Shown piece after piece: positions 1 to 8,153 of a DNA stretch of 47,004 bases. The notes beneath the pieces were generated by a model. The model did no database searches and was not told the origin of the DNA. It was given only the letters and a program-made list of their open reading frames with translations. Positions within the stretch are counted from its first letter, which is position 1. Each line of letters begins with the position of its first letter. The position numbers were made by a program, and so were the translations under genes. This DNA comes from a virus (Duplodnaviria > Caudoviricetes): IMG/VR virus record IMGVR_UViG_3300030433_002369, positions 1 to 47,004 of that record; one strand, written 5' to 3'.

Positions 1-1
1 T

Positions 2-193
2 TATGATGCATTAAATGCTGATCAGTCACACTTTGTCCACTCAGATGAAGTAACTGAATCATGGAGAATTGTTGATGACTTGTTATGTGTTGGTGATACT
101 TGTCCTATCAGAACAAAACCCTACATTTATACGGGTGGATGGGGTCCACAGCACAAAACGGATTTCATAACAAAATGGGATTATCCAGCATAG
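2..193 (+). CDS. zwf: Glucose-6-phosphate dehydrogenase, C-terminal fragment (truncated by window start)
   Basis: Manual translation from nt 2 gives YDALNADQSHFVHSDEVTESWRIVD...PYIYTGGWGP...*. This matches the G6PD C-terminal pattern (D..GD..LF...DEV...W; Y..G.WGP). Not in the ORF track. Confidence 0.8.
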   Translation, partial: YDALNADQSHFVHSDEVTESWRIVDDLLCVGDTCPIRTKPYIYTGGWGPQHKTDFITKWDYPA

Positions 194-348
194 CACACAA
201 GGCAGCACACTTTGCCGCTTCTACACTTAACAATCCATTAGGAATAGGAACATTGGGTATGTTATTAGTGTTTGTTCCTATTATTGGAATGCATTTGGTG
301 CATAAGTATGGGTGGGAACATTGGGAACCATTCGGAAAGAACCACTAA
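175..348 (+). CDS. Small membrane protein (HWEPF C-terminal motif)
   Basis: ATG at 175 overlaps the zwf end; one hydrophobic segment (LGMLLVFVPIIGM). Confidence 0.6.
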   Translation: MGLSSIAHKAAHFAASTLNNPLGIGTLGMLLVFVPIIGMHLVHKYGWEHWEPFGKNH

Positions 349-557
349 TGGAACTATTCCTTCGTCCTCTTGCTGATGTAAATGATGTAACCTGGAGTAT
401 TATCTGGTGTCTGGTAATACTTTTAGCAGGAGTTTTTTATGTGATCGTCTATATATTAGGAATTGATGAGAGAGAAAATGGGAGCAATGACACCCCCGAA
501 CAGGAAGAGTTGTTACAACTTCCGAGTAGTGGAGATCAACAGAGTCCTGGACGGTGA
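348..557 (+). CDS. Small membrane hypothetical protein
   Basis: TAATG coupling with the upstream stop; TM segment WSIIWCLVILLAGVFYVIVYILG. Confidence 0.55.
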   Translation: MELFLRPLADVNDVTWSIIWCLVILLAGVFYVIVYILGIDERENGSNDTPEQEELLQLPSSGDQQSPGR

Positions 558-939
558 CACGATTGATGTTACCATCGACCTTGGATTTGATCTTTTTAAG
601 AAAGAAAGAGTAAGAGTTGCTGGTGTAGACACTCCCGAAAAACGCACAAGAGACCTAGAGGAGAAAGCCCTTGGAATCGACGCAACAAACTGGCTCAAAG
701 AAAAATTGGAAGGTGCGTTGGCTGGTGATGATGATCTTGTTATCCGCACTGAACTTGTTGGCGGGGTCGGCAAATATGGCCGTCTTCTTGGGTGGTTATA
801 TCTTGGGGACGGAAATGTGTCTCTCAACGAAGCAATGATTGACGAAGGATATGCTTGGGCGTATGATGGTGGTACTAAGCAAAAGAACTTTGAAGAACTA
901 CGTGAAATTCGTCGTGCCCATGGCACGCTGGTTGAATGA
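478..939 (+). CDS. Thermonuclease (SNase-family) nuclease
   Basis: Motifs RVLDGDTID, RVAGVDTPE, GKYGRLLG and LNEAMIDEGYA are typical of the staphylococcal nuclease fold. Confidence 0.9.
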   Translation: MGAMTPPNRKSCYNFRVVEINRVLDGDTIDVTIDLGFDLFKKERVRVAGVDTPEKRTRDLEEKALGIDATNWLKEKLEGALAGDDDLVIRTELVGGVGKYGRLLGWLYLGDGNVSLNEAMIDEGYAWAYDGGTKQKNFEELREIRRAHGTLVE

Positions 940-1136
940 CCAAGAACATAACGATAAACGCGCCAGAGGGCGCGAATGTAGATGGGATACAGATAGAGCA
1001 AACGATTACGCAACCAGCAGACTTAGAAATTGGTCCCGTAAAGGTAGGTGATTCGTCTGTTCTTACTGTAAGTAATGTTGCCTTTGTAATTATTATTCTC
1101 GGTGCTCTTGTAGTTTTTAAGAGGTTAATGAAATGA
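936..1136 (+). CDS. Hypothetical protein with C-terminal TM helix
   Basis: ATGA overlap with the upstream stop; hydrophobic C-terminus followed by KRLMK. Confidence 0.65.
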   Translation: MTKNITINAPEGANVDGIQIEQTITQPADLEIGPVKVGDSSVLTVSNVAFVIIILGALVVFKRLMK

Positions 1137-1375
1137 AAGACCTTAAGATCCCATTTGCTATTGTATCTTTCTTGTTAGTTCAGGGTGCTGGTGCCGTATG
1201 GTGGGCATCTCAAGTAGATGGTAGAGTGAAGAATTTGGAAACTCAGAGTCTCAACATTGCAAAAGAAAATCGCAGGTACATTGAGCAAGTGATTCAACCA
1301 TCCTACGGAATCAGTAATGCTTGGAAAAATCAATATCATGACGAGTGGGTTCTAAAGGGAGGATGGAAAGATTAA
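1133..1375 (+). CDS. Hypothetical protein, N-terminal TM plus coiled coil
   Basis: ATGA overlap; IPFAIVSFLLVQGAGAVWWA followed by a helical region. Confidence 0.65.
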   Translation: MKDLKIPFAIVSFLLVQGAGAVWWASQVDGRVKNLETQSLNIAKENRRYIEQVIQPSYGISNAWKNQYHDEWVLKGGWKD

Positions 1376-2173
1376 ATGCCCATCCCTGATATTCGACTTA
1401 ATAATATTAGAATACGCGATGTTGTAATTTATGATGTGCCAAAGTGGATGTCATCAGATCCACCTGTGGCACTTCCTGCTATGCCACCTGTTACTACGGA
1501 GGTGGGAACTCCTATTGTCAATATTCCTGGATGCGTTGAGGCACATAAAGACAATCAGGAAAATGTAAATCTAAAGAATGAAGATGATAAAGGTGTGATG
1601 ACCCTGTGTGATGCAGGCACACCTTACTACACTGCTATTGATTATGATAGAAATAAGATTGTATTAGAACAGAAACCACCAGAACCACCTGCATATAAAG
1701 CACCACCAGCACCTGAAGCACCAGAAACTAAAACTCCAGCAGTTCCTAAGACACCAGAGGCAGAGATTCCTCAGTGTCCTAGTAGAGCACAAGAATTAAA
1801 AAACCCCATAGGAAAAATCCTAGAGGGTAATAAAAAGATTACTGGTTATGAATTGGTTGGAAAGGAATGTATAGAAGTCACTGAACAACTAGTAATAACT
1901 GATCAAATCATTTCTAACATTCCTAATGCTGGTGCTGTGACTGCTACTGCATCTATCGCTGTTGTGGCAACGACTTCGGCACTGCTTGCAAAACCTCTTG
2001 CTGATCTTTTGTTAAGAGTGGTGAAACCTGCTGTGAAGAAAGTCCTGAAGAAGGTTGCGACCTTACGGGGTAAGAAGATCCCGGTACAGAGTGCGAATGA
2101 GAGGATTGCTGAACAGCGTCAGAGGAATCAGGCTGTGAAGGCACTGAGGTCGGTTCGACCGCTGAAGAAATAG
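1376..2173 (+). CDS. Conserved cyanophage hypothetical, Pro-rich, Cys pairs, C-terminal hydrophobic segment and basic tail
   Basis: 265-aa ORF directly after the upstream stop; PPEPPAYKAPPAPEAP linker; four Cys. Confidence 0.75.
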   Translation: MPIPDIRLNNIRIRDVVIYDVPKWMSSDPPVALPAMPPVTTEVGTPIVNIPGCVEAHKDNQENVNLKNEDDKGVMTLCDAGTPYYTAIDYDRNKIVLEQKPPEPPAYKAPPAPEAPETKTPAVPKTPEAEIPQCPSRAQELKNPIGKILEGNKKITGYELVGKECIEVTEQLVITDQIISNIPNAGAVTATASIAVVATTSALLAKPLADLLLRVVKPAVKKVLKKVATLRGKKIPVQSANERIAEQRQRNQAVKALRSVRPLKK

Positions 2174-2933
2174 GTGGAATTGTATGTGCGTGTTGCTTGA
2201 TAGCATTCACATTTTGGACCAAAACATCAGCACACACTTTCGCATAAGGACTTCTGGGATGGAAGCGAATTCCTTTTTGCAATAATTCACCACAATTTTT
2301 AAGTCTCGCAAGTTCAAAGTCTAGTCTTTTATTGGCAAGTAATTGACCTTGTAATGCAATCTGTGTTTCTGCTGCTTGCTTACAACGCTCTTGTAATCCA
2401 CCATCAAGCGGTAGGGAAAGTGTTGCAGAGAGACCAATACTGGTGCTGTAGTTTCTGGTCATGCCAGTTCTTACTGGTTTCTGCCAGAGTTGACTTCCTG
2501 GATTATCAGGAACACCATCTCCCTGCATTTCCATGACAGTGATAGTCATATCCTGACCATCTTCGTATGCTCTGACTACTTCACCTTCAGAGTTAGTATA
2601 AGTTCTGTCGTCATACCACTCTTCCCATGGCCAGTTCTTGACATTCTTTTGGACTTCTACCAGTCTTCCCTCAAAGTCTCTGTTGTCATACTGAGGTTCC
2701 ATGTAGAAAGTTTCAAATGGGTCCTTATCACTTTTGGCATGAGTAATATATGGAGTGAAGTTAGCAGTGGGACCTTGACAACTGATCCCACCACCATATG
2801 TGTTGGTAATATAAGGACCTTGTAAAACCTGAATAGCTTGGTTGGTCACCGAGCCTGAACTGTTTGCGATTGGATTAGCAGTCGCAGAAACACCTCCCAC
2901 ATCAGCAGCACTGACGGGAGATGCGATTAACAA
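1953..2933 (-). CDS. Putative exported/outer-membrane hypothetical protein (start uncertain)
   Basis: Long ORF whose plausible coding part begins near ...LLIASPVSA-ADVGG (signal-peptidase-like site). The nearest start after the upstream gene is TTG at 2933. Confidence 0.65.
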   Translation of the reverse strand: MLIASPVSAADVGGVSATANPIANSSGSVTNQAIQVLQGPYITNTYGGGISCQGPTANFTPYITHAKSDKDPFETFYMEPQYDNRDFEGRLVEVQKNVKNWPWEEWYDDRTYTNSEGEVVRAYEDGQDMTITVMEMQGDGVPDNPGSQLWQKPVRTGMTRNYSTSIGLSATLSLPLDGGLQERCKQAAETQIALQGQLLANKRLDFELARLKNCGELLQKGIRFHPRSPYAKVCADVLVQNVNAIKQHAHTIPPISSAVEPTSVPSQPDSSDAVQQSSHSHSVPGSSYPVRSQPSSGLSSQQVSPLLTKDQQEVLQAVPKSLPQQR

Positions 2934-2938
2934 CCCGA

Positions 2939-3409
2939 TTATTGGGTAAAGACACTTGTGGTATCTGTTACGCTTGTAACCTCTGTTGTTCTTTGGATCA
3001 CAGTTTGGTTTGTCATTCCTGGACCCATGTAAGTCTGGGTAAACTGGAATGCTTCTCCTGGATTTGCTATTGTGAAGTTCGAGTTGGAGAAGTCTAGTCC
3101 AGCTGTGGAATTTACTACTTGTCCTTCGATTCCTCCTAACGGAGTCACAGTCACGTTGTTCGTTACTGTTGGGGGAAGCAATGATGCTCCGTTGTTTTTC
3201 ACGTTTGTCCCCGAAACTGAATATTGCCATCCTGTTGCATAGTCTATAGAATTGATTGTCTCAGTTTGCTTTGAAGTCGTTTCAGTGTGGCTGGTCATCG
3301 AACCCTGTGTGAAGTTCGGGACCACCGGGACTGCTCCAGCAGATTGGACCAGTCCGTGAAGAACTCCAAGAACCAATCCGAGACCGATTGCTTCTTGTAG
3401 TCTAGTCAT
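2939..3409 (-). CDS. Putative secreted Thr-rich beta protein
   Basis: Signal-peptide-like N-terminus ending SAGA-VPVVPNF; TAATG coupling with the upstream gene. Confidence 0.75.
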   Translation of the reverse strand: MTRLQEAIGLGLVLGVLHGLVQSAGAVPVVPNFTQGSMTSHTETTSKQTETINSIDYATGWQYSVSGTNVKNNGASLLPPTVTNNVTVTPLGGIEGQVVNSTAGLDFSNSNFTIANPGEAFQFTQTYMGPGMTNQTVIQRTTEVTSVTDTTSVFTQ

Positions 3410-3903
3410 TAGTCGATTACCGTGATTTCACTTACGAATTGGCCGACAGCAGTAGATCCAGCTCCACCAGCCGTGATGCTAATACCACCGTCAGTTGCGA
3501 CAGTACCTGCCAGATCTCCTGCTACACCAGCAGCATAAGAGGTCTGACTGGAGAAGTTGCCAACAGCACCTACAGAAGCAGCTGAAGTTGGAACGGCATC
3601 GCCTTGGATGTAAGAGGTACTAAAGGAGAATGCTTCTCCAGCAGTTGCCTGGGTTGCAGAGATTGTGCCAGGAGACATGACGCCACTGGTCAAAGTTCCT
3701 GCAGAGATGGTCCCGTTTGTGGTTCCGTCTGTAGTATTTACATTCGATCCGGAAATACTGTATTGGGAACCCAGTCTAGTTGCAGTGGTTCTCGCACTAT
3801 CTACAGTAAGTTGGACACTCGAACTCATCTTATGAACCAGACCTCCAGCATTTGCTGCAGGTGCTGCCATCAAAATCATTACCAATGGAAGGAGTCTTCT
3901 CAT
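3409..3903 (-). CDS. Putative secreted Ser/Thr/Gly-rich beta protein
   Basis: Classic signal peptide MRRLLPLVMILMAAPAANA; late-promoter motif upstream. Confidence 0.8.
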   Translation of the reverse strand: MRRLLPLVMILMAAPAANAGGLVHKMSSSVQLTVDSARTTATRLGSQYSISGSNVNTTDGTTNGTISAGTLTSGVMSPGTISATQATAGEAFSFSTSYIQGDAVPTSAASVGAVGNFSSQTSYAAGVAGDLAGTVATDGGISITAGGAGSTAVGQFVSEITVID

Positions 3904-3925
3904 TACTAATCACTCGTTGGGTGTG

Positions 3926-3936
3926 TATTTATTTAG
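3926..3936 (-). promoter_or_regulatory. T4-like late promoter (CTAAATAAATA) for the minus-strand secreted-protein operon
   Basis: The + strand reads TATTTATTTAG, about 23 nt upstream of the ATG at 3903. Confidence 0.6.
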
Positions 3937-3999
3937 AGGTAGATTTTTTTCGATGTGTTACTAAAGTGCTACTTGGTACAAGACGATACCATTTGGGGG

Positions 4000-4033
4000 T
4001 TGACAGGATCGGCAAACCGTATTACTATAAATA
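4000..4033 (+). promoter_or_regulatory. Composite psbA promoter: sigma70 (TTGACA-N17-TACTAT) overlapping a T4 late TATAAATA
   Basis: TTGACA 4000-4005, TACTAT 4023-4028, TATAAATA 4026-4033. Confidence 0.8.
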
Positions 4034-4074
4034 CATCAGCGCGGTAAGGAACTTAACATTTCTTTACCTCCTGC

Positions 4075-4150
4075 ACACCCCCTAAACCGAGACCTATAGG
4101 GTGTATAAAACACGTCTCTCATACCAACCCTGGAGGGTAGGGTTGGAATA
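4075..4150 (+). ncRNA. Structured psbA leader, PhotoRC-II-like RNA motif
   Basis: ACACCC(4075)/GGGTGT(4099) and GAGAC(4089)/GTCTC(4114) pairings cross, forming a pseudoknot; hairpin CCAACCCT/AGGGTTGG follows. Its location upstream of a phage psbA fits PhotoRC-II. Confidence 0.6.
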
Positions 4151-4193
4151 TTTTACCTAGTGTTCCCCGCACTTATACATAACCCTTTTTCAA

Positions 4194-5273
4194 ATGGCTC
4201 AAACACTTTCAAGACAACAATCATCCTCTTCGTGGGAAAATTTCTGCGATTGGGTAACTTCTACCAATAACCGCCTCTATGTCGGTTGGTTCGGCGTGCT
4301 GATGATCCCAACTCTGTTGGCAGCAACCATCTGTTTCGTCGTAGCATTCGTCGCTGCTCCCCCCGTGGACATCGATGGCATCCGTGAACCCGTCGCTGGT
4401 TCACTCATGTACGGTAACAACATCATCTCTGGTGCAGTTGTTCCCTCTTCCAACGCAATTGGTCTTCACTTCTATCCCATCTGGGAAGCCGCATCGCTCG
4501 ACGAGTGGCTGTACAATGGTGGTCCTTTCCAACTCGTAGTCTTCCACTTCCTCATCGGCATCTATGCCTATATGGGTCGTGAGTGGGAACTTTCCTACCG
4601 CCTTGGTATGCGTCCTTGGATCTGTGTTGCATACTCTGCACCTGTTGCAGCAGCATCCGCAGTTTTCCTGGTCTATCCTTTCGGTCAAGGTTCGTTCTCT
4701 GACGCAATGCCTCTTGGCATCTCTGGTACTTTCAACTACATGCTGGTGTTCCAAGCAGAGCACAACATCCTGATGCACCCCTTCCACATGCTGGGAGTTG
4801 CAGGTGTCTTCGGCGGTTCACTGTTCTCCGCAATGCACGGTTCACTGGTTACCTCTTCACTGGTTCGTGAAACCACTGAGACTGAGTCCCAGAACTACGG
4901 TTACAAGTTCGGTCAAGAAGAAGAGACCTACAACATCGTTGCCGCTCACGGTTACTTTGGTCGTCTGATCTTCCAATACGCATCCTTCAACAACTCCCGT
5001 TCCCTGCACTTCTTCCTTGCTGCATGGCCTGTTGTTGGCATCTGGTTCACCGCACTTGGTGTTTCTACGATGGCGTTCAACCTGAACGGTTTCAACTTCA
5101 ACCAGTCCATCATCGATGGTCAGGGTCGTGTGCTCAACACTTGGGCAGACGTTCTCAACCGCGCTGGTCTGGGTATGGAAGTTATGCATGAGCGTAACGC
5201 ACACAACTTCCCACTCGACCTGGCAGCAGCAGAGTCTACTCCTGTAGCACTCACCGCTCCTTCTATCGGTTGA
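4194..5273 (+). CDS. psbA: Photosystem II D1 protein
   Basis: Unambiguous D1 sequence ([22 protein letters not shown]); uninterrupted; phage-type RETTETESQ loop. Confidence 0.99.
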   Translation: MAQTLSRQQSSSSWENFCDWVTSTNNRLYVGWFGVLMIPTLLAATICFVVAFVAAPPVDIDGIREPVAGSLMYGNNIISGAVVPSSNAIGLHFYPIWEAASLDEWLYNGGPFQLVVFHFLIGIYAYMGREWELSYRLGMRPWICVAYSAPVAAASAVFLVYPFGQGSFSDAMPLGISGTFNYMLVFQAEHNILMHPFHMLGVAGVFGGSLFSAMHGSLVTSSLVRETTETESQNYGYKFGQEEETYNIVAAHGYFGRLIFQYASFNNSRSLHFFLAAWPVVGIWFTALGVSTMAFNLNGFNFNQSIIDGQGRVLNTWADVLNRAGLGMEVMHERNAHNFPLDLAAAESTPVALTAPSIG

Positions 5274-5293
5274 TATAAGTTAGATAAACTTCG

Positions 5294-5322
5294 TAGAGGA
5301 TCTTCGGATCCTCTATTTTTTT
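5294..5322 (+). terminator. Rho-independent terminator after psbA
   Basis: TAGAGGATC-TTCG-GATCCTCTA followed by T7. Confidence 0.9.
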
Positions 5323-5340
5323 CTCTGCATATGTTAAGAT

Positions 5341-5487
5341 ATGATAAGTTCAGAGACACCGCCAAAACTCGCTGAAATTATTCGCGATACTTGGCCAAAT
5401 CTTTTCTACCTAAAGGAGGTAAATAATAAAAATGGTTGCATCAACACTACAACAACCTACAAGGGGGTGGTTCGATGTCCTCGATGA
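5341..5487 (+). CDS. Small ORF between psbA and psbD ([23 protein letters not shown]...)
   Basis: 48-codon ORF found manually; overlaps the psbD start; resembles a short peptide I recall at this position in cyanophages. Confidence 0.45.
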   Translation: MISSETPPKLAEIIRDTWPNLFYLKEVNNKNGCINTTTTYKGVVRCPR

Positions 5488-6487
5488 CTGGCTTAAACGG
5501 GATCGCTTTGTCTTTGTGGGCTGGTCTGGATTACTACTTTTTCCCACTGCTTATCTTGCAATTGGGGGCTGGCTCACTGGTACTACTTTTGTTACGTCGT
5601 GGTACACCCACGGATTGGCGTCTTCCTACCTTGAGGGTGCTAATTTTCTTACAGCGGCTGTGTCAACGCCTGCTGACGCTATGGGTCATTCTCTTCTTCT
5701 ACTTTGGGGTCCTGAGTCTCAGGGGGACTTCATCAGGTGGTGCCAACTTGGGGGACTCTGGGCTTTTGTGGCGCTCCACGGAGCCTTCGCTCTTATCGGT
5801 TTTATGCTTAGGCAGTTTGAACTTGCTCGTTTAATCGGTATCCGTCCCTACAATGCGATTGCTTTTTCAGGTCCTATTGCCGTATTCGTTAGCGTATTTC
5901 TCATCTACCCACTTGGACAGTCATCTTGGTTCTTTGCACCGTCGTTTGGCGTGGCAGCGATATTCAGATTCCTACTATTCCTTCAAGGCTTCCATAACTG
6001 GACGCTCAACCCCTTTCACATGATGGGAGTTGCTGGTATACTGGGTGGAGCACTTCTGAGTGCTATTCACGGTGTAACAGTTGAGAATACTCTGTATCAA
6101 GATGGTGAACAAGCAAATACTTTCAAAGCATTTGACTCAACTCAAGAGGAAGAAACCTACTCAATGGTTACTGCAAACCGTTTCTGGTCTCAGATCTTTG
6201 GTATTGCGTTTAGTAATAAGAGGTGGTTGCATTTCTTTATGCTCTTTGTTCCTGTTATGGGTCTGTGGACAAGTTCCATCGGTATTATTGGTCTTGCTCT
6301 CAACCTTCGTGCTTATGACTTTGTTTCCCAGGAAATCAGAGCATCAGAAGACCCAGAGTTTGAAACCTTCTACACTAAGAACATTCTCTTGAATGAAGGT
6401 CTCCGTGCATGGTTAGCACCAGTTGACCAACCACATGAAAACTTTGTGTTCCCAGAAGAAGTTCTTCCTAGAGGTAACGCGCTGTGA
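5432..6487 (+). CDS. psbD: Photosystem II D2 protein
   Basis: [16 protein letters not shown] ... [10 protein letters not shown]; SD AAGGAGGT at 5413-5420. Confidence 0.99.
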   Translation: MVASTLQQPTRGWFDVLDDWLKRDRFVFVGWSGLLLFPTAYLAIGGWLTGTTFVTSWYTHGLASSYLEGANFLTAAVSTPADAMGHSLLLLWGPESQGDFIRWCQLGGLWAFVALHGAFALIGFMLRQFELARLIGIRPYNAIAFSGPIAVFVSVFLIYPLGQSSWFFAPSFGVAAIFRFLLFLQGFHNWTLNPFHMMGVAGILGGALLSAIHGVTVENTLYQDGEQANTFKAFDSTQEEETYSMVTANRFWSQIFGIAFSNKRWLHFFMLFVPVMGLWTSSIGIIGLALNLRAYDFVSQEIRASEDPEFETFYTKNILLNEGLRAWLAPVDQPHENFVFPEEVLPRGNAL

Positions 6488-6702
6488 ACGGTTGGCTTGT
6501 CTTTGTTTATTTCTCTTGTTTTGCTGTTATCGCAGGTGCTGCTTTTGCGATGATGTGGGCGAATATTCAATCTCTTAATGTGGAGATGAATAAACCACCC
6601 AAACCACGTCATCCAGAGGCACCTGCTGATGGTGAAGAGATCATGTATGTTGATTTGACAAGAGAACGACTTGAAGGTCTTTACAAAGACGAAGATTCCT
6701 GA
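6484..6702 (+). CDS. Small membrane protein, DUF2973-like
   Basis: N-terminal TM followed by an RHPE motif; GTGA overlap with the psbD stop. Confidence 0.6.
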   Translation: MNGWLVFVYFSCFAVIAGAAFAMMWANIQSLNVEMNKPPKPRHPEAPADGEEIMYVDLTRERLEGLYKDEDS

Positions 6703-6732
6703 TATATAATGGGCGTAGCAATTCGCCCATTA

Positions 6733-7377
6733 ATGAAAATCTTTTTAGATACTGCTGACACCGACGTAATCGAAAAATATTTCTCAACGGGATTGGTTGA
6801 TGGTGTCACAACTAATCCCACTCTCATTATGAAGAGTGGCAAAAACCCAGAAGATGTCTATCAGAAGATCAAAGACATTGGGGTACAAGACATCAGCATG
6901 GAGGTCATGGGATCTGACCTTGAGATGTATGACGAAGGTATTCGTCTGTATGAAAAGTTTGGTGATGTTGCTACGATCAAGGTTCCCTGCACACGCGAGG
7001 GTCTGATCGTCTGTAAGCGACTCTCCGAGCAAGGTATCAAGGTCAACGTCACATTGATCTTCTGCGCCGCTCAGGCGGTCCTAGCAGCAAAGGCAGGGGC
7101 AACATACGTTTCTCCTTTTGTAGGACGCTTGGATGACCAATCAGTGGCAGGTCTGGAGGTTGTCCGTTCTATTACTGGACTGTATCAAATCCATGGTATC
7201 AGAACTCAAGTTCTATCTGCATCTATTCGTAGTGTGCAACGTGCTGTTCGTTCCTGGTATAATGGTGCTCGGGTAGTAACAATGCCACCCAAAGTGTTTG
7301 ATCAGATGTATGATCACATTCTTACCGACAAAGGTATGGAAATTTTTGAAAACGATTGGAAAGAGGTTCAACAGTAA
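6733..7377 (+). CDS. talC: Transaldolase (TalC/Fsa type)
   Basis: MKIFLDTAD, GVTTNPTL, Schiff-base IKVP, YVSPFVGRLDD. Confidence 0.97.
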   Translation: MKIFLDTADTDVIEKYFSTGLVDGVTTNPTLIMKSGKNPEDVYQKIKDIGVQDISMEVMGSDLEMYDEGIRLYEKFGDVATIKVPCTREGLIVCKRLSEQGIKVNVTLIFCAAQAVLAAKAGATYVSPFVGRLDDQSVAGLEVVRSITGLYQIHGIRTQVLSASIRSVQRAVRSWYNGARVVTMPPKVFDQMYDHILTDKGMEIFENDWKEVQQ

Positions 7378-7610
7378 TGTTTACGGTTTATTCAAAGGAC
7401 GGATGTCCATATTGCGATAAAGTTCAGCAAGTATTAATACTCTCTGAAATTAAGCATGTGATATATAAACTTAACAGGGATTACACACGCGAAGAGTTCT
7501 ATGATAAGTTTGGGGAAGGTTCTACATTCCCAAGAGTAGTCAAGGACGATGAACTTATTGGCGGATGTATGGAAACTGTTAAGTATCTAAGAGAACAAAA
7601 ACTAGTCTAA
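7377..7610 (+). CDS. nrdC: Glutaredoxin
   Basis: CPYC active site; TFPRV and IGG motifs. Confidence 0.9.
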   Translation: MFTVYSKDGCPYCDKVQQVLILSEIKHVIYKLNRDYTREEFYDKFGEGSTFPRVVKDDELIGGCMETVKYLREQKLV

Positions 7611-7969
7611 TGGAACAAAACCTCATCGACATCTATGATCTTATCGAACACGCGATTGATAATGCCTTTGAGGGACAGATGAATCTAAAATTCTATGATT
7701 ACTTAAAGGCAAGTAAAGTCAAAAAACAAGATGTTGATGCTTTTATCGAAAGTTCTACCTCAAAAGAAATCAATGATTTGAATTCTGAACTAGAACAATA
7801 TCTTGAGGGTGGCAGCGATAATATGCATAAGCAACTTCGTGAGGGGTATGGTCACATTCCTAAACCCCAAGCAAGAAAGATTAAAACATACCTTCAAGGT
7901 ATTCTAGATGATGCAAAGAGGTACAGTCATGACCGCAGACCAGGAAGAAGGAAAAAGCAATCTAAATAA
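7610..7969 (+). CDS. Conserved T4-like hypothetical protein
   Basis: TAATG-coupled 119-aa ORF with QLREGYGH motif. Confidence 0.75.
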   Translation: MEQNLIDIYDLIEHAIDNAFEGQMNLKFYDYLKASKVKKQDVDAFIESSTSKEINDLNSELEQYLEGGSDNMHKQLREGYGHIPKPQARKIKTYLQGILDDAKRYSHDRRPGRRKKQSK

Positions 7970-8135
7970 ATCAGATCCCCACATCAATCGTGGGGTAGAG
8001 TTGCTATTACGCAACAGGAGGGGAAAACCAGAACCGCCCAAAACTTTTCAGATAAAGTTCGGTAACATGGTTGCTCTCTTCCGACGAGAGATTGTTTTCC
8101 ATCTGAACTTCTATCTGGACATCAGGAAGAAATAG
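7929..8135 (+). CDS. Hypothetical protein (start uncertain)
   Basis: ORF fills the gap between neighbours. Confidence 0.5.
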   Translation: MTADQEEGKSNLNKSDPHINRGVELLLRNRRGKPEPPKTFQIKFGNMVALFRREIVFHLNFYLDIRKK

Positions 8136-8153
8136 TCTCTGGAGGACAAACAG

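Noticed and set aside
513-1013. 166-aa minus-strand ORF
   Set aside because: It is antisense to the clearly recognisable thermonuclease.
2934-3230. First ~99 codons of the ORF-track call 1953-3230
   Set aside because: They overlap the upstream gene in another frame and are Arg/Ser/Asn-rich; probably untranslated apart from the last ~15 codons.
4401-5365. Antisense and alternate-frame ORFs within psbA (and similarly psbD)
   Set aside because: These are expected shadows of strongly biased codon usage in conserved genes, with no independent signals.
4194-5431. Group I intron or homing endonuclease at psbA
   Set aside because: psbA is continuous at 359 aa and the psbA-psbD gap is only 158 nt.
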